This document shows, in pieces, positions 1-12,632 of a stretch of 64,000 bases of DNA. Below the pieces are notes generated by a model. It was given only the letters and a program-made list of their open reading frames with translations. It made no database searches and had not been told where the DNA came from. The position numbers were made by a program, and so were the translations under genes. The DNA is taken from contig OZ024741.1 in the NCBI GenBank assembly GCA_964016885.1, forward strand, positions 241,118,001 through 241,182,000, read 5' to 3'. Each line of letters begins with the position of its first letter. Position 1 is the stretch's first letter. This DNA comes from Eledone cirrhosa (taxonomy: Eukaryota).

Positions 1-530
1 ACACATATGCATACAAACATCAATACACATACACACACCAACACACATATACACAAACAACATACATACACACACACACACATAGGCCTACATACACCAA
101 CACACACCAACACACATATGCATACAAACATCAACACACATACACACACTAACACACATATACACATACACACACAAATAGGCCTACATACACCAACACA
201 CAACAACACACATATACACACACAAACACACTACATCAATATTAATCGAGGTTTTTAATAAAATATCAATAACTTTTTTATTTCTCTAGAACAATATTAC
301 AGAAGTGGTGGTAGTGATGGTGGTGGTGGTAGTGGTATGGTGGTAGTGGTGTGGTGGTAGTGGTGTGGTGGTAATGATGTGGTGGTAGTGGTGGTAGTGG
401 TGGTGGTGTGGTGGTAGTGGTGGTAGTGATGGTGGTGGTGGTAGTGGTGTGGTTGTAGTGGTGGTAGTGATGGTGGTGGTGCTAGTGGTGTGGTGGTAGT
501 GGTGGTGGTGTGGGGATGGTAGTCGTGGTT
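1..530. repeat. Degenerate (CA)n-rich then (GTG)n-rich simple repeats
   Basis: Low-complexity ACAC/CATA tract 1-235 and GTG/GTA tract about 305-530 are directly visible. Confidence 0.9.
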
Positions 531-1261
531 TGTATGTCAGTCGTGTTCTGAAGCAACTAGAGTTAGCTGTTGTGCAAGGGTAAACCGTCAATTCTGTATG
601 TATGTGTCTGTATGTGGGTGTAAGAGAGAGTGAGCGTGTTGGCTTAATATGAGTTTGTTATTGTATATTGAGAAGATGGCAAATGTGAGAGTTGGCCTCT
701 TTCATCCAGTGACATATAAGCTCTACTTCACAGCCAACCATACATTGCTTTAATTTCTTTCATAGGGAAGGTCTGAGCAAAGATCGCTATGCATACATAC
801 ATACATGGTGGCTGCCAACTCGTTTTCGAGTACGGCCACTACTTTATATCCATGTAGGAGAACCCCTACCGATGCACTGAACGAGTGTGACTTTTTAGTC
901 CAGCCAGCGACTTGAAAACTCTGGTACAAACACTACACTTGTAACAATTACTGACACATAGTGCTGGGCCCATGGTACCATGTGATGACAAGTGTAGAGA
1001 GATCTCCAGATATAAAGCAATGCCTGTGCCGTGAAGCTTTTATAGTGAGCAAAGTCACTGCACAAAGCCAGTCCCACTCTCTTAACCAAGATGATATTTA
1101 CCAAAAAGAAGAACGAGTCAACATCATTGGATACCATCAGGGTTGCAGGTGTTATATCAGAGTTTTCCTTTCTCCTAGAATTCTGCCTTGGCAAAGGCTA
1201 AGGGGTCATCTCTCCCAGACATACATACATACATACATACATCGATATATACATACACAGA

Positions 1262-2035
1262 AATTCCATTTTATGTCCCAAATGCAAACTATAGGTACAT
1301 AAAAGATGTAGTGGGATCATAGGTAAACTATCTAAGAACATAGATTTTATATGTGGCCGATGCTCAGGTGAAATAAGTAGCAAGTGCCCACAGGATATTA
1401 GCTCCTTCTATTGCCCAGACGGTTCTATAGAAATAGTGGACACTTTCTGTTACCTGGGTGATAAAATCAGCAGTGGTGGAGGGTGCTCTGAAAGTACAGT
1501 AGCCAGAGTCAGAACGGGATGGAAAAAGTTCAGGGAGCTAATACTGCTGATGGCCACAAAAGGTTTCTCTCTAAAAATGAAAGGCAGACTGTATGATGCC
1601 TGCATACAAACAGCAATGCTACATGGCAGTGAGACATGGGCATTGCGTGCAGAGGACCTGCGCAGACTGGAAAGGAACGAAGCATGCATGCTCCATTGGA
1701 TGTGTAATAGTAATATATGTGAACGGCAAAGCATAAATGAACTAAGTGAGAAATTAGCAATAAGAGGGATCAGATGCTGTTTACTCAAAAGAAGACTACG
1801 TTGGTATGGCCACGTGATGTGCATGAAAGATGACAGCTGTATAAAAAAGTGCAGGGTGATCAAAATTGATGGTAGTTATGGAGTAGGTAGACCCAGAAAA
1901 ACCTGGGACAATTTGACAAATTCCGAACTTACTCACTTACACCTCTCTAAGACAATGTCACTGGACCGAGATCTTTGGCGCTATGCAGTAATACAGAAGA
2001 CCCTCCTTGCCTATGTACAAAGCGAAACCTACAGT
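1262..2035 (+). mobile_element. RTE-clade LINE ORF2 3' fragment (end of PHD finger, RT C-terminal region)
   Basis: ORF 1436-2041: [59 protein letters not shown]; homologous to 9775-10660 and 32635-32855. Confidence 0.88.
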
Positions 2036-2124
2036 CAGTAGGCACCTCTTAACCAAATATACACCCCAATCCACTACCTCTACTCCATCCTCTCACTCTC
2101 CCCAACACCACGCTCTCTCTGTAA

Positions 2125-2440
2125 AGTTAGTACCACAACATCCAGTTCAAATAAATGAGATAATGAGATTGAGATCGTGTAGGTGTCATGACAAAAAAAA
2201 CACACAGTCCACGCTGTAATGTGGCCGTGTAGGAGACACGGTAAAAAGTTCCCAGTTCCACACTGTAAATGTGGTTGGTGCTAGGAAGGGCATCCAGCCA
2301 TAGAAAACCTGCCAGATAGTCCTATATGAGCGAGACACGGTCACCCGACCAACCTTGCCTCAAGTGGGACAACTCCCGTCTAACTCATGCTAGCGTGGAA
2401 GATAGACGTTAAACGAAGATGATGATGATGATCATGATGA
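2125..2440 (+). mobile_element. SINE 3' part with RTE-type (GAT)n tail
   Basis: ggttggtgctaggaagggcatccagccatagaaaacc...catgctagcgtggaagatagacgttaaacg(atg)n; near-identical inverted copy at 15935-16280. Confidence 0.75.
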
Positions 2441-3030
2441 TACATACATATATGCATACATACATATATACATACATACATATATGCATGCATACATACA
2501 TATATGCATGCATACATACATATATCCATACATACATATATGCATACATGCATACATACATACATACATATATGCATACATGCATACATACATACATATA
2601 TGCATACATACATATATCCATACATACATATATGCATACATATATACATACATACATATATGCATACATGCATACATACATATATCCATACATACATATA
2701 TGCATACATACATACATATATACATACATACATATATGCATACATACATATATACATACATATATGCATAGATGCATACATACATATATGCATACATACA
2801 TATATACATACATACATATATGCATACATGCATACATACATATATACATACATACATATATGCATACATACATACATATATACATACATACATATATGCA
2901 TACATGCATACATACATATATCCATACATACATATATGCATACATACATACATATATACATACATACATATATGCATACATGCATACATACATATATCCA
3001 TACATACATATATGCATACATACATATGTT
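2441..3030. repeat. Compound (TACA/TATG) tetranucleotide microsatellite
   Basis: Repeating catacatatatgcatacata motif. Confidence 0.95.
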
Positions 3031-3199
3031 ACATAGATGTATGTATGAACACATAATTCCTGATGGCATCATAGGGGTGTCATATTAACATACAACGTTT
3101 CTTGGGCATTTTAAATCTGGTGGAGTCCATCTCCTCTCCAGGTCTGAACAGCAAATTTCTTCTAGATAAGGAGAGAGAGAGAGAAATAGTGGAAGAAAT

Positions 3200-3360
3200 A
3201 TATAGAAAAAATTTTCCCCATTGCTAGGCTGGTACTTTTTTTATCAACCTCGAAAGGATGAAAGGTAAAGTTGACCTTGATAGGATTTAAATTCAGAAAG
3301 CAGAGGGACAGAATGAATGCTACAAAACATTCTGTCAAATGTTCTAAAAATTCTGTCACT
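3200..3360 (-). mobile_element. Degenerate Nin/Deu-domain SINE
   Basis: ctggtacttt..tatcaacctcgaaaggatgaaaggtaaagttgacc..ggatttaaattcagaa is the reverse complement of the SINE core. Confidence 0.7.
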
Positions 3361-3429
3361 TTCCTGCTGTACATACATATATGTATGTGGCCATTGACTC
3401 AATAGAAAAGTAAGATAAATATGATATCT

Positions 3430-4060
3430 CCATAGTGAGTTTTAAAGCCTGCTCGGGACTTGTATATTTTGTTGTATAAAATACATTGATATTAATACCT
3501 TCTATTTTTTGGCTCTTCAGCCAGATCTGGTCATGATTACGTATTTTTAATGTCTAGTAAGTCCTGACTTATTTGAAAATTCTCTGTCACATTTACCACA
3601 TGTCAAAATTGGTTGCAAAGAATTGGTCATATTTGACTCGTGGAATTTCTACATACTTATGTAGATGACTTAAATAGCTGGTATTTGACAAGTCTATTCA
3701 GCCACATACATTGCATACAAAATGAGGTACAGAGATCACCACATGTTGGCCTTTCTTTGCTGCATGTTTAATGTTAACCCATTCCAAAGAAAATTCTTTA
3801 AAAAGTCTTACACTATTAGATATATTGGTGTTTCACTTGTTTCTAACTAATGCCAAGACATTCCAGTGAGATGGGTCAATTTTATTCTGTGTTAAGGAAT
3901 CTTATACACTGTCCTTATTTTGACCAACTTCAAATTCTTTGTAATTAAGGTGTTAAAATATCTGGAGTGATTATTTCACAAGGAATCAGTCTTTCTACAT
4001 TTACTATATCATCATAAGTTTTATTTATGCATTGCCTTGAGAACATTCCCAACCAAACTT
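3430..4060 (-). pseudogene. Degraded RTE(BovB-like) LINE ORF2 C-terminus with C2H2 zinc-finger remnants
   Basis: Hand translation of minus strand: KIDPSHWNVLALVRNK*, then FVCNVCG*IDLSNTSYLSH, TCGKCDREFSNKSGLTRH*, YKSRAGFKTH; contains stops. Confidence 0.6.
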
Positions 4061-4644
4061 TTATTATTTGAACTTTTTAAAACACAAATATCCCCTACAG
4101 ATTATATGCATACATGTACACACATGTGGACCAACTGTGTTTGTCTGTGACTTATTTATACTTTCAATTTTGTTTTGTTTTATTTTGCTCTCTCTCTCAC
4201 TCTCCCCAGTCTCTCGCTCTTGCCTTTTCTAGCTCTGCTGTTTCTTCCTTGCTGTTTCTTCCTCATCTTTTACTTTGGTTCCTTAAACAGTGTTCTCTTA
4301 GTTGATATTTTCTACTATTCCCTATTCATTTTGATCTCACCCTAGTAATTTTAATGATCTCCATAACAGTTAAAGAAATTTTTTTTTTAAAACAATACCT
4401 TAAACTAAAAAAACATATCTTCATTTCATAGTGGATTTGTGAAACTACACTTTAAACAACACTTAAAACATTTTAAATATCAAAATATTTAAACTTCTTA
4501 AATATTTTCTCCATTCATGAGAATTTCAAAACCTTGCCATAATGTGTTGATTAACTGCCTTGGCTTATAAACAAGGTGTGGAAGCCTGTTGGATGGACTG
4601 TGTAATATGGCACTCAAAAGGTTAATCTTGACATACTGTGTCAT

Positions 4645-4870
4645 ATATGCCAGAAGAGCTCTGATACTATGGGTATGTGGTTAGAATGTCTCAGGAAAGA
4701 ATCACTGGACACAGATTTTACAGGCAAAACCAATTGGTAGGAGACCCAGGAATAGACCCTGAGCAAGATGGTTGGATAAAATCCATGAGCTTGGCTGGTC
4801 TCGCTTAGGGAACCAGCTAGATCAGTTGGAGATGGTTGCTTCTGACAGGAGCCACTGGAAGGGGTGTTTA
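4645..4870 (+). mobile_element. Old RTE LINE 3' fragment
   Basis: Translates to YYGYVVRMSQERI..GRRPRNRP*ARWLDKI..LEMVASDRSHWK. Confidence 0.6.
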
Positions 4871-5397
4871 ACCCTTTAACATTTACATTATTCTATATTT
4901 ACTAATATATTTTCATGGTAAAGGTTTTATCTCACATAATTATCTCACATAATATTGAATCTGTCAGATTTTTATATTATTTATTTTGAGAACAATACCT
5001 TAACATCAATATGAGCAGCTGGTTACAACCAGTTTGAACAGAAAGAGGTGAGAGAATTCTGGCCTGATACAGCCAGTTTAAATGTTAAAGGGTTAAGGAC
5101 TCTACCCCATGGCCCTCTCAGGAATAAGTGGGCGAAGAAGAAGAAAAAAAGTATGGTAAATGTACAATTGACCGTGGAATTCAATATATAATTAAATGAA
5201 TAGGGAGTTTCGTTAATCCAACAACTGGAATACTCATTCTCAGACACAAACTAAGGATCAATTATTTACTTGACTGAAGTAATGAGTAATATTCCTCTTC
5301 TCTATTCAATACTGAATGTTTACCAGGCAATATTTCAAACAATGTATGGTGTCAAATATGCCACAAATACTTAAAATTGTGACATTATGTTGTGTAT

Positions 5398-5436
5398 ATT
5401 ATTTATTTATTTATTTATATTTATATTTATTTATTT

Positions 5437-5487
<51 letters not shown>

Positions 5488-5495
5488 CTTTTTAT
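5398..5495. repeat. (TTTA)n microsatellite
   Basis: Direct observation. Confidence 0.9.
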
Positions 5496-6859
5496 TTAGA
5501 CTATTTCATATAATGTTGTTTCTTTTTAAATAAAATGCAGAATTATAATGAATTAAAAATGGAAAAATGTAATGAGAAGATATTATTAAAATATGATAAA
5601 TTATTTTTTTTTTTTTAAATTGCTAACAATAAATTTTGTAAAATGTAAAACAATTTGATGGGAATAGAAAAAAAAAAGAAATGAAATGAAAGAAGCTGCT
5701 ACAAAGTTATGGGGATTGCATCTAATTGTTATTTTACCATTTTTAATTTATGTTCAATTTCCTTTTAAGAGACAGTTATTAATTATACTTTATACACATA
5801 TACACCCACATATATACATTTGAGTATATATATATGTAAGTGTGTGTGTGTGTCTGTATATATATGTAAGTGTGTGTGTGTGTCTGTATATATATGTAAG
5901 TGTGTGTCTGTATATGTATATGTAAGTGTGTGTCTGTATATATATGTATGTGTGTGTGTGTATATGTATGTAAACATGCATTCATATATTAATATAAATG
6001 TATGTGTGTATGCGTATTGTGCGTATGTAAGGAGAACGAATATTAAATGATGGTGATGATATATATATATATATGTGCTTCATGCATATATATGCCTGGT
6101 AAGGTGAGTAGGTGTGTATACATAGAAGCAAGGTGTATCATATACTCATTCAACTAATGCTAACATAAATAATTGAATCTAAATGATGATGTTCATGATG
6201 ATGATGATGATAAAAATAATGATATTGATGATTAGAATGATGATAACAAAAATGACAATGGTGATGGTGATGATGATGATGATATTGACACACAAACACC
6301 ACACACACACACACTTTTGTATATTTTCTCATACAATGTGTACATAAGTAATTGTAATCAATGTAATTAATTCTGTGGACTTGCATTCATGCTATGAATT
6401 ATTATCACAGGACTACTTTCATCCCCTGGAGACTATAGACAATTCCCAGAAATATCTAGTCTGACAACAGTGACACAGCTAGAGCTTGAGCCAATCTTGG
6501 GTAGTCTTTCAGTTTGCCTCTGTCATTGAAATCACAGCACAATACACAATATGAAAAAGAATTGCCTCGGACAGACTTCCTACCTTCTTCACCCAACTCT
6601 AGCTCTGCTGCTACCTGATATGGTAATACTGGTGAGAAGGCATTCATAAATGGGTTTACTCTCACCATGCACAGCTGAGAGAGTGCACCTTACTCTAGCC
6701 ATGCTGTTGCCTTATATAGTGCTAGAGAGTAGGGTATGGATGGATATACTTTCACCAAGGACATCTAGGTGAGGGAGAACAGAGGGTAAGGGAACTTGCC
6801 ATTAATGGTCAGGTTAGTCCTGAACCTGTGGAGTTCCTCAGTTGGTGCCATTATTTTTG

Positions 6860-7065
6860 GTGAATTGGCAGTATTGGTAGAGCAACAAGCAAGATACTTT
6901 GAAGCATTAAGTTATGACTTTCTATATTCTGAGTTCAAATGCTGCCAAAGTCAGTTTCGTCTTTCATCCTTTTCCTTCTGGGATTGATAAAATAAAGTAC
7001 TGGGTTGATATAATTGGCTTTCTCTTCCACACAAATTGCTGGCCTAGTGATGAAGTTAGAAATTA
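6860..7065 (+). mobile_element. Degenerate tRNA-derived Nin/Deu-domain SINE
   Basis: ttggcagtattggtagagc (A-box-like), gagttcaaat (B-box-like), ctttcatcctt..gataaaataaagtact. Confidence 0.75.
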
Positions 7066-7714
7066 TTATTTTTTCAATATTTAGTCTGAGAAGGAAGGGC
7101 AGTACCATTGGCCATTTTATATGACCTCCAAAACTAGTGAGAGGGAGGGTGGCTGGTATCCCCCAGTTCACAGACCAAGTCAAAATGTTTATAACAGATT
7201 GGTCTTCATTGAAGGTACCAAGAGCCATGTAGTGGTGTTAAAAGGGGCTGCCCCTTATAGCAAACAAATAAAATAGAAATTATTATGTGGAAAAGGATTG
7301 GCAGACTCAATAATGCATGGAAAAATATGCTTTGTGGCAAGGTAAGCAATTTTGTTTCCAATCTACAGGGACCAACAACAATGGTCTGTTTGCTTTACTG
7401 TATGATTTGCTAAAGATAAACCCACACAATATTTGGATGGACAAGAAAATGAATGGTTTCTACTGAGAACACCTAGAAGATAGAAACATATAAAAACACA
7501 TAAAGTTCTTTGTCCAGAAGACATGGGTTCTTCTATTGATAAACCCACCAAAGAAATGTTTACGGGTGATTTCAGATCAATGGAAAGTGTAAGATGTATG
7601 ACAGGCAAGTAAAACTGCTGTTTGAATGACCATATACAGAAGCCTCACATAAGCTTTTAATTATTGTTATTCAGGTGTTGTCATTATTATTATTAACAAA
7701 TGTTGTTATTAAGG

Positions 7715-8540
7715 CAGTGAAGGAAGGTGGATTGCTAGTATTGGTAGAGCATTGGACACCATGCTTCGTGACATAGAGTTACGATCCTTTAGGTTCTGGG
7801 GTCAAATTCCGCTGAGGTTAACTTTGCCTTTCATCCTTACAGGGTCGATAAAATAAAACACCAGTAAGCACTGGGGTTGATTTAATTGACTTTCCCCTTC
7901 CCTTCAAATTGCAGGCCTTGTGCCTAGAGTAGAAACAGTTATTAAGACAGTGAAATGGCAGAATCAGTAGAGCATCAGACAACATGCTATATGGCATATA
8001 GTTATGGTTTTTTACATTCTGAATTCAAATCCTACCGAGGTTAGCTTTGCCTTTCGTCCTTACAGGGTCGATAAAATAAAGTACCCGTAATGCACCAGGG
8101 TCGATCTAACTGTTGGCCTTGTGCCTAAATCAGAAACCATTACTACATGTGTTAAGGGCGATAGTTTAGCATTATCAGTAGAGGGTCAGACACCATGCTT
8201 TGCAGCTTAGTTATGTCCCAATGTGTTCTGAGTTCAAATCCCGCCAAGGTTAACTTTGCCTTTCATCCTTTCGGGGTCGATAAAATAAAGTACCAGTAAT
8301 ACACTGGGTAATTGCTGGCCTTGTGCCAAATGTAGAAACAATTATTACATATGTTAAGATAGTAGATTAGCAGAGCACCAGACAGTATTTGTTATTGTTC
8401 TTTATGTTTTAAGTTCAAATCCTGCCAAGGTCAACTTTACCTTTCAGTCTTCTGGATGTCAATAAAATAAATTACCAGTTAAGTATTGGGGTAGAAATAT
8501 TTGACTTTCCCTTTTCTCCAAACAGCTGGCCATGTGCTTA
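7715..8540 (+). mobile_element. Head-to-tail cluster of four Nin/Deu-domain SINEs
   Basis: Four copies of (g)ttcaaat..gaggttaactttgcctttcatccttacggggtcgataaaataaagtaccag at about 7800, 8020, 8230 and 8410. Confidence 0.85.
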
Positions 8541-8549
8541 CCTTGATGA

Positions 8550-8745
8550 GGGTTGTTCTATCTACAGGGTGTAAAACACCCTGTAGATAGAACAACCCCG
8601 CAGTAACGTTCCCCCCTATTGGGGATTTCGAGTGTTTATTTTTTATTGTTAAACTTGTTTACATGATTTAATGTAAAACTCTCGCTGTCACGTCTTGTAA
8701 TGTTCCATTTCTTGTCCACCCTTGTGGCAAATAAAGAAATCTATT
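8550..8745 (+). mobile_element. 3' terminal fragment of L1/Tx1-like LINE preceded by a perfect 23-bp hairpin
   Basis: ccccctattggggatttc...ttgtggcaaataaagaaat matches the 3' end of the LINE at 25365-25500 (minus); hairpin at 8550-8598. Confidence 0.7.
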
Positions 8746-9134
8746 TTAGAAAGAATTATTCTATGTTGTTGTCATTTGTCGTTATTGATGCTGTTACTAC
8801 ATGTGTTGTCATCATTGTTGTTGTTATAACAGGTGTTGATGTGGTTATTGTTGTTGTTAAAGCAGGTGTTGTTTTTATATTATGTTTTGATGTAGTTATT
8901 GTTGTTGTGGTCATTGTTGTTATTTGTCATTTATATAGGTTAGTGGAAGGGGTGGAGTTATAGAAACCTCTTCAAGTATCAATTAATTCATTAAAGTATA
9001 GGATATCCACCACACAACCCACTATTACCACTGGTACCACATTTGGCATAGTACCAACACACACAAAAAATAATATAAGAAAACAAGGCAAAAATATATA
9101 AAAACATAACAACATATATCATTATATATATATC

Positions 9135-9320
9135 GATGGATTGGCAGTTTCGGTAGAGAGTTGGACGCCATGTTTGATGTATAGAGTTATGGACTTTGCC
9201 ATTCTGAGTTCAAATCCTGCCGAGGTTAACTTTGCCTTTCATCCTTATGGGGTCGATAAAATAAAGTACCAGTAATGCACTGGGTAATTTGCTGGCCTTG
9301 TGCCAAAAGTAGAAATAATT
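9135..9320 (+). mobile_element. Nin/Deu-domain SINE, full length
   Basis: tggattggcagtttcggtagag..gagttcaaatcc..gcctttcatccttatggggtcgataaaataaagtaccag..gtgccaaaagtagaaa. Confidence 0.9.
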
Positions 9321-9387
9321 ATATATATATATATCATCATCATCATCATTTTACGTCTGCTTTTCCCTGCTTGCAAGATATACATAT

Positions 9388-9464
<77 letters not shown>

Positions 9465-9701
9465 TTAAAGAGTTAAACAAGATTCAATGAGTACATCAAA
9501 GAATGAGTTTTACAGTAGATTGGAAGCACTCTACAGCAAAAAATAATTTTCCAGAGTTATTAATATTAAAATACAAATATTAATAAAATAGGTGTTCTTT
9601 TGATCGATAAAATTTTATTATACATATTTCAGAGGTACAACAGTACGTCCTCATCAGACAAAATATAATGATACGTGACATACCCTGAGATGTTAAATGG
9701 T

Positions 9702-9749
<48 letters not shown>

Positions 9750-9774
9750 TATATATATATATATATATATATAA

Positions 9775-10662
9775 GACAAAAGTGTTGATGAGTAGAAAAG
9801 AGGACAAAACCCCGATTCCGTCAGGGAAATGGCCATGTTCGATATGCAGAAAAGGAACTGGCATAAATTTTATAAAATGCACAAAATGCAGATCCTGGGT
9901 ACACAAGAGATGTAGCGGGATAGCAGGCGAACTAACAGGTAGGGAGAAATATGTATGCAGTAGATGTACAGGGAAATTAGACAGTAGAAGTCGCATTGAT
10001 AGACACATTTTTCAAATGCAAGAGGGCGCTATAGAAGTGGTGGATAGCTTCCGGTACCTAGGAGATCAGATTAACATGGGAGGAGGGTGTTCTGAGGCCA
10101 TAGTATCTAGAATAAGGACGGGTTGGAAGAAGTTTAGGGAGCTGCTTCCTCTGTTGACGAAGAAGGGTTTCTCCCTGTGTACGAAAGGCCGGTTGTATGA
10201 TGCCTGTGTGAGGAGTGCGATGCTGCATGGTAGTGAGACATGGGCAGCAACTGCAGAGGATATGCGACGGCTGGAGAGAAATGAGGCAAGCATGCTCCAT
10301 TGGATGTGCAGTGTAAATGTGTGTGAATGACCCAGCATAAATGTGTTGAGAGAGAAACTGTGTCTGAGAGGGATAGAATGTAGTGTACGGGAGAGGAGAC
10401 TGAGGTGGTATGGACATGTGATGCGCATGGAGGATGACCGATGGGTGAAGAAGTGCCAGGAATTGCCAGTTGAAGGAAGACGTGGTAGAGGTAGACCAGG
10501 AAAAACATGGGCGGAGGTGGTGAGAACAGACCTCAGATCATTGAAGCTCACGAGGGACCGTGACGAGTGGAGAGATGCTGTACTGAATAAGATCCGTCCC
10601 ACCCTTGCAAGCAGGGAAAAGCGGATGTAAAATGATGGTGATGATGATGATGATGATGATGA
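9775..10662 (+). mobile_element. 5'-truncated RTE LINE: PHD finger, RT C-terminus, 3' UTR and (GAT)n tail
   Basis: WPCSICRKG..CTKCRSWVHKRCSGI..CSRC; FRYLGD; RRLRWYGHVMRM; GRPGKTW; one internal stop at 10328; ends gcggatgtaaaat(gat)n; flanked by (TA)n. Confidence 0.92.
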
Positions 10663-10666
10663 TATA

Positions 10667-10742
<76 letters not shown>

Positions 10743-10869
10743 CATGAATTCACTGAACATTTATTATAATGCTCGGTGTGTTTGTAAACAAACATCCCGT
10801 ATTAAGCCGTAACGTCTAGCAACCATCATTGCTCGTTTGTTCAACACTGACACATATATATATATATAT

Positions 10870-11210
10870 CAGACCGGGTGATGTGTTTCCTTGAGCAAGA
10901 CACTTTATTTCACATTGCTCCAGTTTACTCAGCTGTAGAAATGAAAAGTGGTCGTGGAGGTGCCATGGCAATAAAAAAAAAGCACCCAGCCCACACTGTA
11001 AAGTGGACGTGTAGGCGCCACGAAAAAAAAGCACCCAGCACTCACTGTAAATGAGGTTGGTGTTAGGAAGGGCATCCAGCTGTAGAAATCAAGCCAGAAT
11101 CAGTTCCCGTATGAGCAAGACAAGGTCAGCCGACCGGACACTGCCCACAACAGGAAACCCGTCTAACCCATGCTAGCATGGAAGAATGGACATAAAACGG
11201 TGATGATGAT
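10870..11210 (+). mobile_element. SINE with conserved central domain and RTE-type tail
   Basis: gtgtttccttgagcaagacactttatttcacattgctccagtttactcagctgtagaaatga...aggaagggcatccagctgtagaaa...catgctagcatggaag..(gat)n; inverted relative at 58612-58900. Confidence 0.8.
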
Positions 11211-12011
11211 ATATATATACACACACATGCACATATATATATATATATATATGTACCCACATGTATACATAGACCTACACATATAATATCCATGTGCATG
11301 TAGTTTAAAATAAGTACAGTTATCTATCTATGTCATATAAAAAGCAAGTAAAAGTGTTGGTGTTAGGAAGTGTTGGTGTTAGGAAGGGCATCTGGGTGTA
11401 AAACATTGCATCAAAAATTTCTGTCAAACCCATACCAACATAGAAAAGTCAATGTAAAAACAATGATCGTAATGATGATTAAGTTGAACATAGGTCATAA
11501 TTTATGTCACAATATATATATCATATAATTATTTCTACTCTTGGCACAAGGCCAGCAATTATCCCAGTGCATTACTGGTACTTTATTTTATCGACAATAT
11601 ATATAATATCATATAATACATTCTAATTTAATGCCAGTCAATATCCTAATTCGAATGATAATTTTAGTTGTTGTTGTTACTGCTATTGTTGTTATTGTTA
11701 TTGTTGTTGTTGTTTGATAATAAACTTTTATCCTTGTTATCCCTAACACAACCATCATAACAGATCTTATGAAAACATACCACTTACCTATGTTAATTAA
11801 TCCTGACTACTGTTATATCCAGGTAAATGTGCAGCACTGCACTGCACCTCAACACACACTAGATGACAACAGAAAAACCCTTGCTTTCTTCACAGCTCCG
11901 ACAGATGTGCAGCGATGTTGCATAGGTGCACCTCCATAGACAGACTCTTGTTTCTCTTAGTTTATGTTGTGTGTATGTATGTGTTTTAGCACCGCTGTGA
12001 GCACATGTATA

Positions 12012-12597
12012 GCGGTGGTGGTGATAGTGGTGGAGGTCGTGGTGATGGTGGTGGTGGTCGTGGTGGTGGTGGTGGTGGTGATGGAGGTGGTGGTGGTTTT
12101 GGTGGTGGTGGGAGTGGTGATGGTAGTGATGGTGTTTGTGATGGTAGTGATGGTGGTGGTGGTGGTGGTGGTTGTTGTGGTGGTGGTGGTGATGGTGATG
12201 GTGGTGGTGGGAGTGGTGATGGTAGTGATGGTGTTTGTGATGGTAGTGATGGTGGTGGTGGTGGTGGTGGTTGTTGTGGTGGTGGTGGTGATGGTGATGG
12301 GTGTGGTGGTGGTGGTGGTGGTGGTGATGATGGTAGTGATGTTTGGGTGGTAGCGTTGATGGCGATTGTGGTGGTGGTGATGGTGGTGGGATTGGCGATG
12401 GTGGTTGTGCTGGTGGTGATGATAGTGATGGGAGTGGTGATGATAGTGATGGTGTTGGTGATGGTAGTGATGGTGGTGGTGATGGTAGTGATGGTGGTGG
12501 TGATGGTGGTGGTTGTAGAGGTGGTGATGGATGGCGGAGGTGTTGGTGTTGATGGTGATGGATGTGGTGGTGGTGATGGTGGCGGAGGTGATGGTGT
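12012..12597. repeat. (GGT/GAT)n trinucleotide repeat
   Basis: Direct observation. Confidence 0.95.
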
Positions 12598-12632
12598 ATA
12601 AAGAGGGATATCAGCATATAGTGTGGTCTAGC

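Noticed and set aside
7340-7612. Possible exon bounded by ctacag and gcaagt
   Set aside because: Stops in all three plus frames and the upstream intron would be only about 27 nt; no recognisable protein
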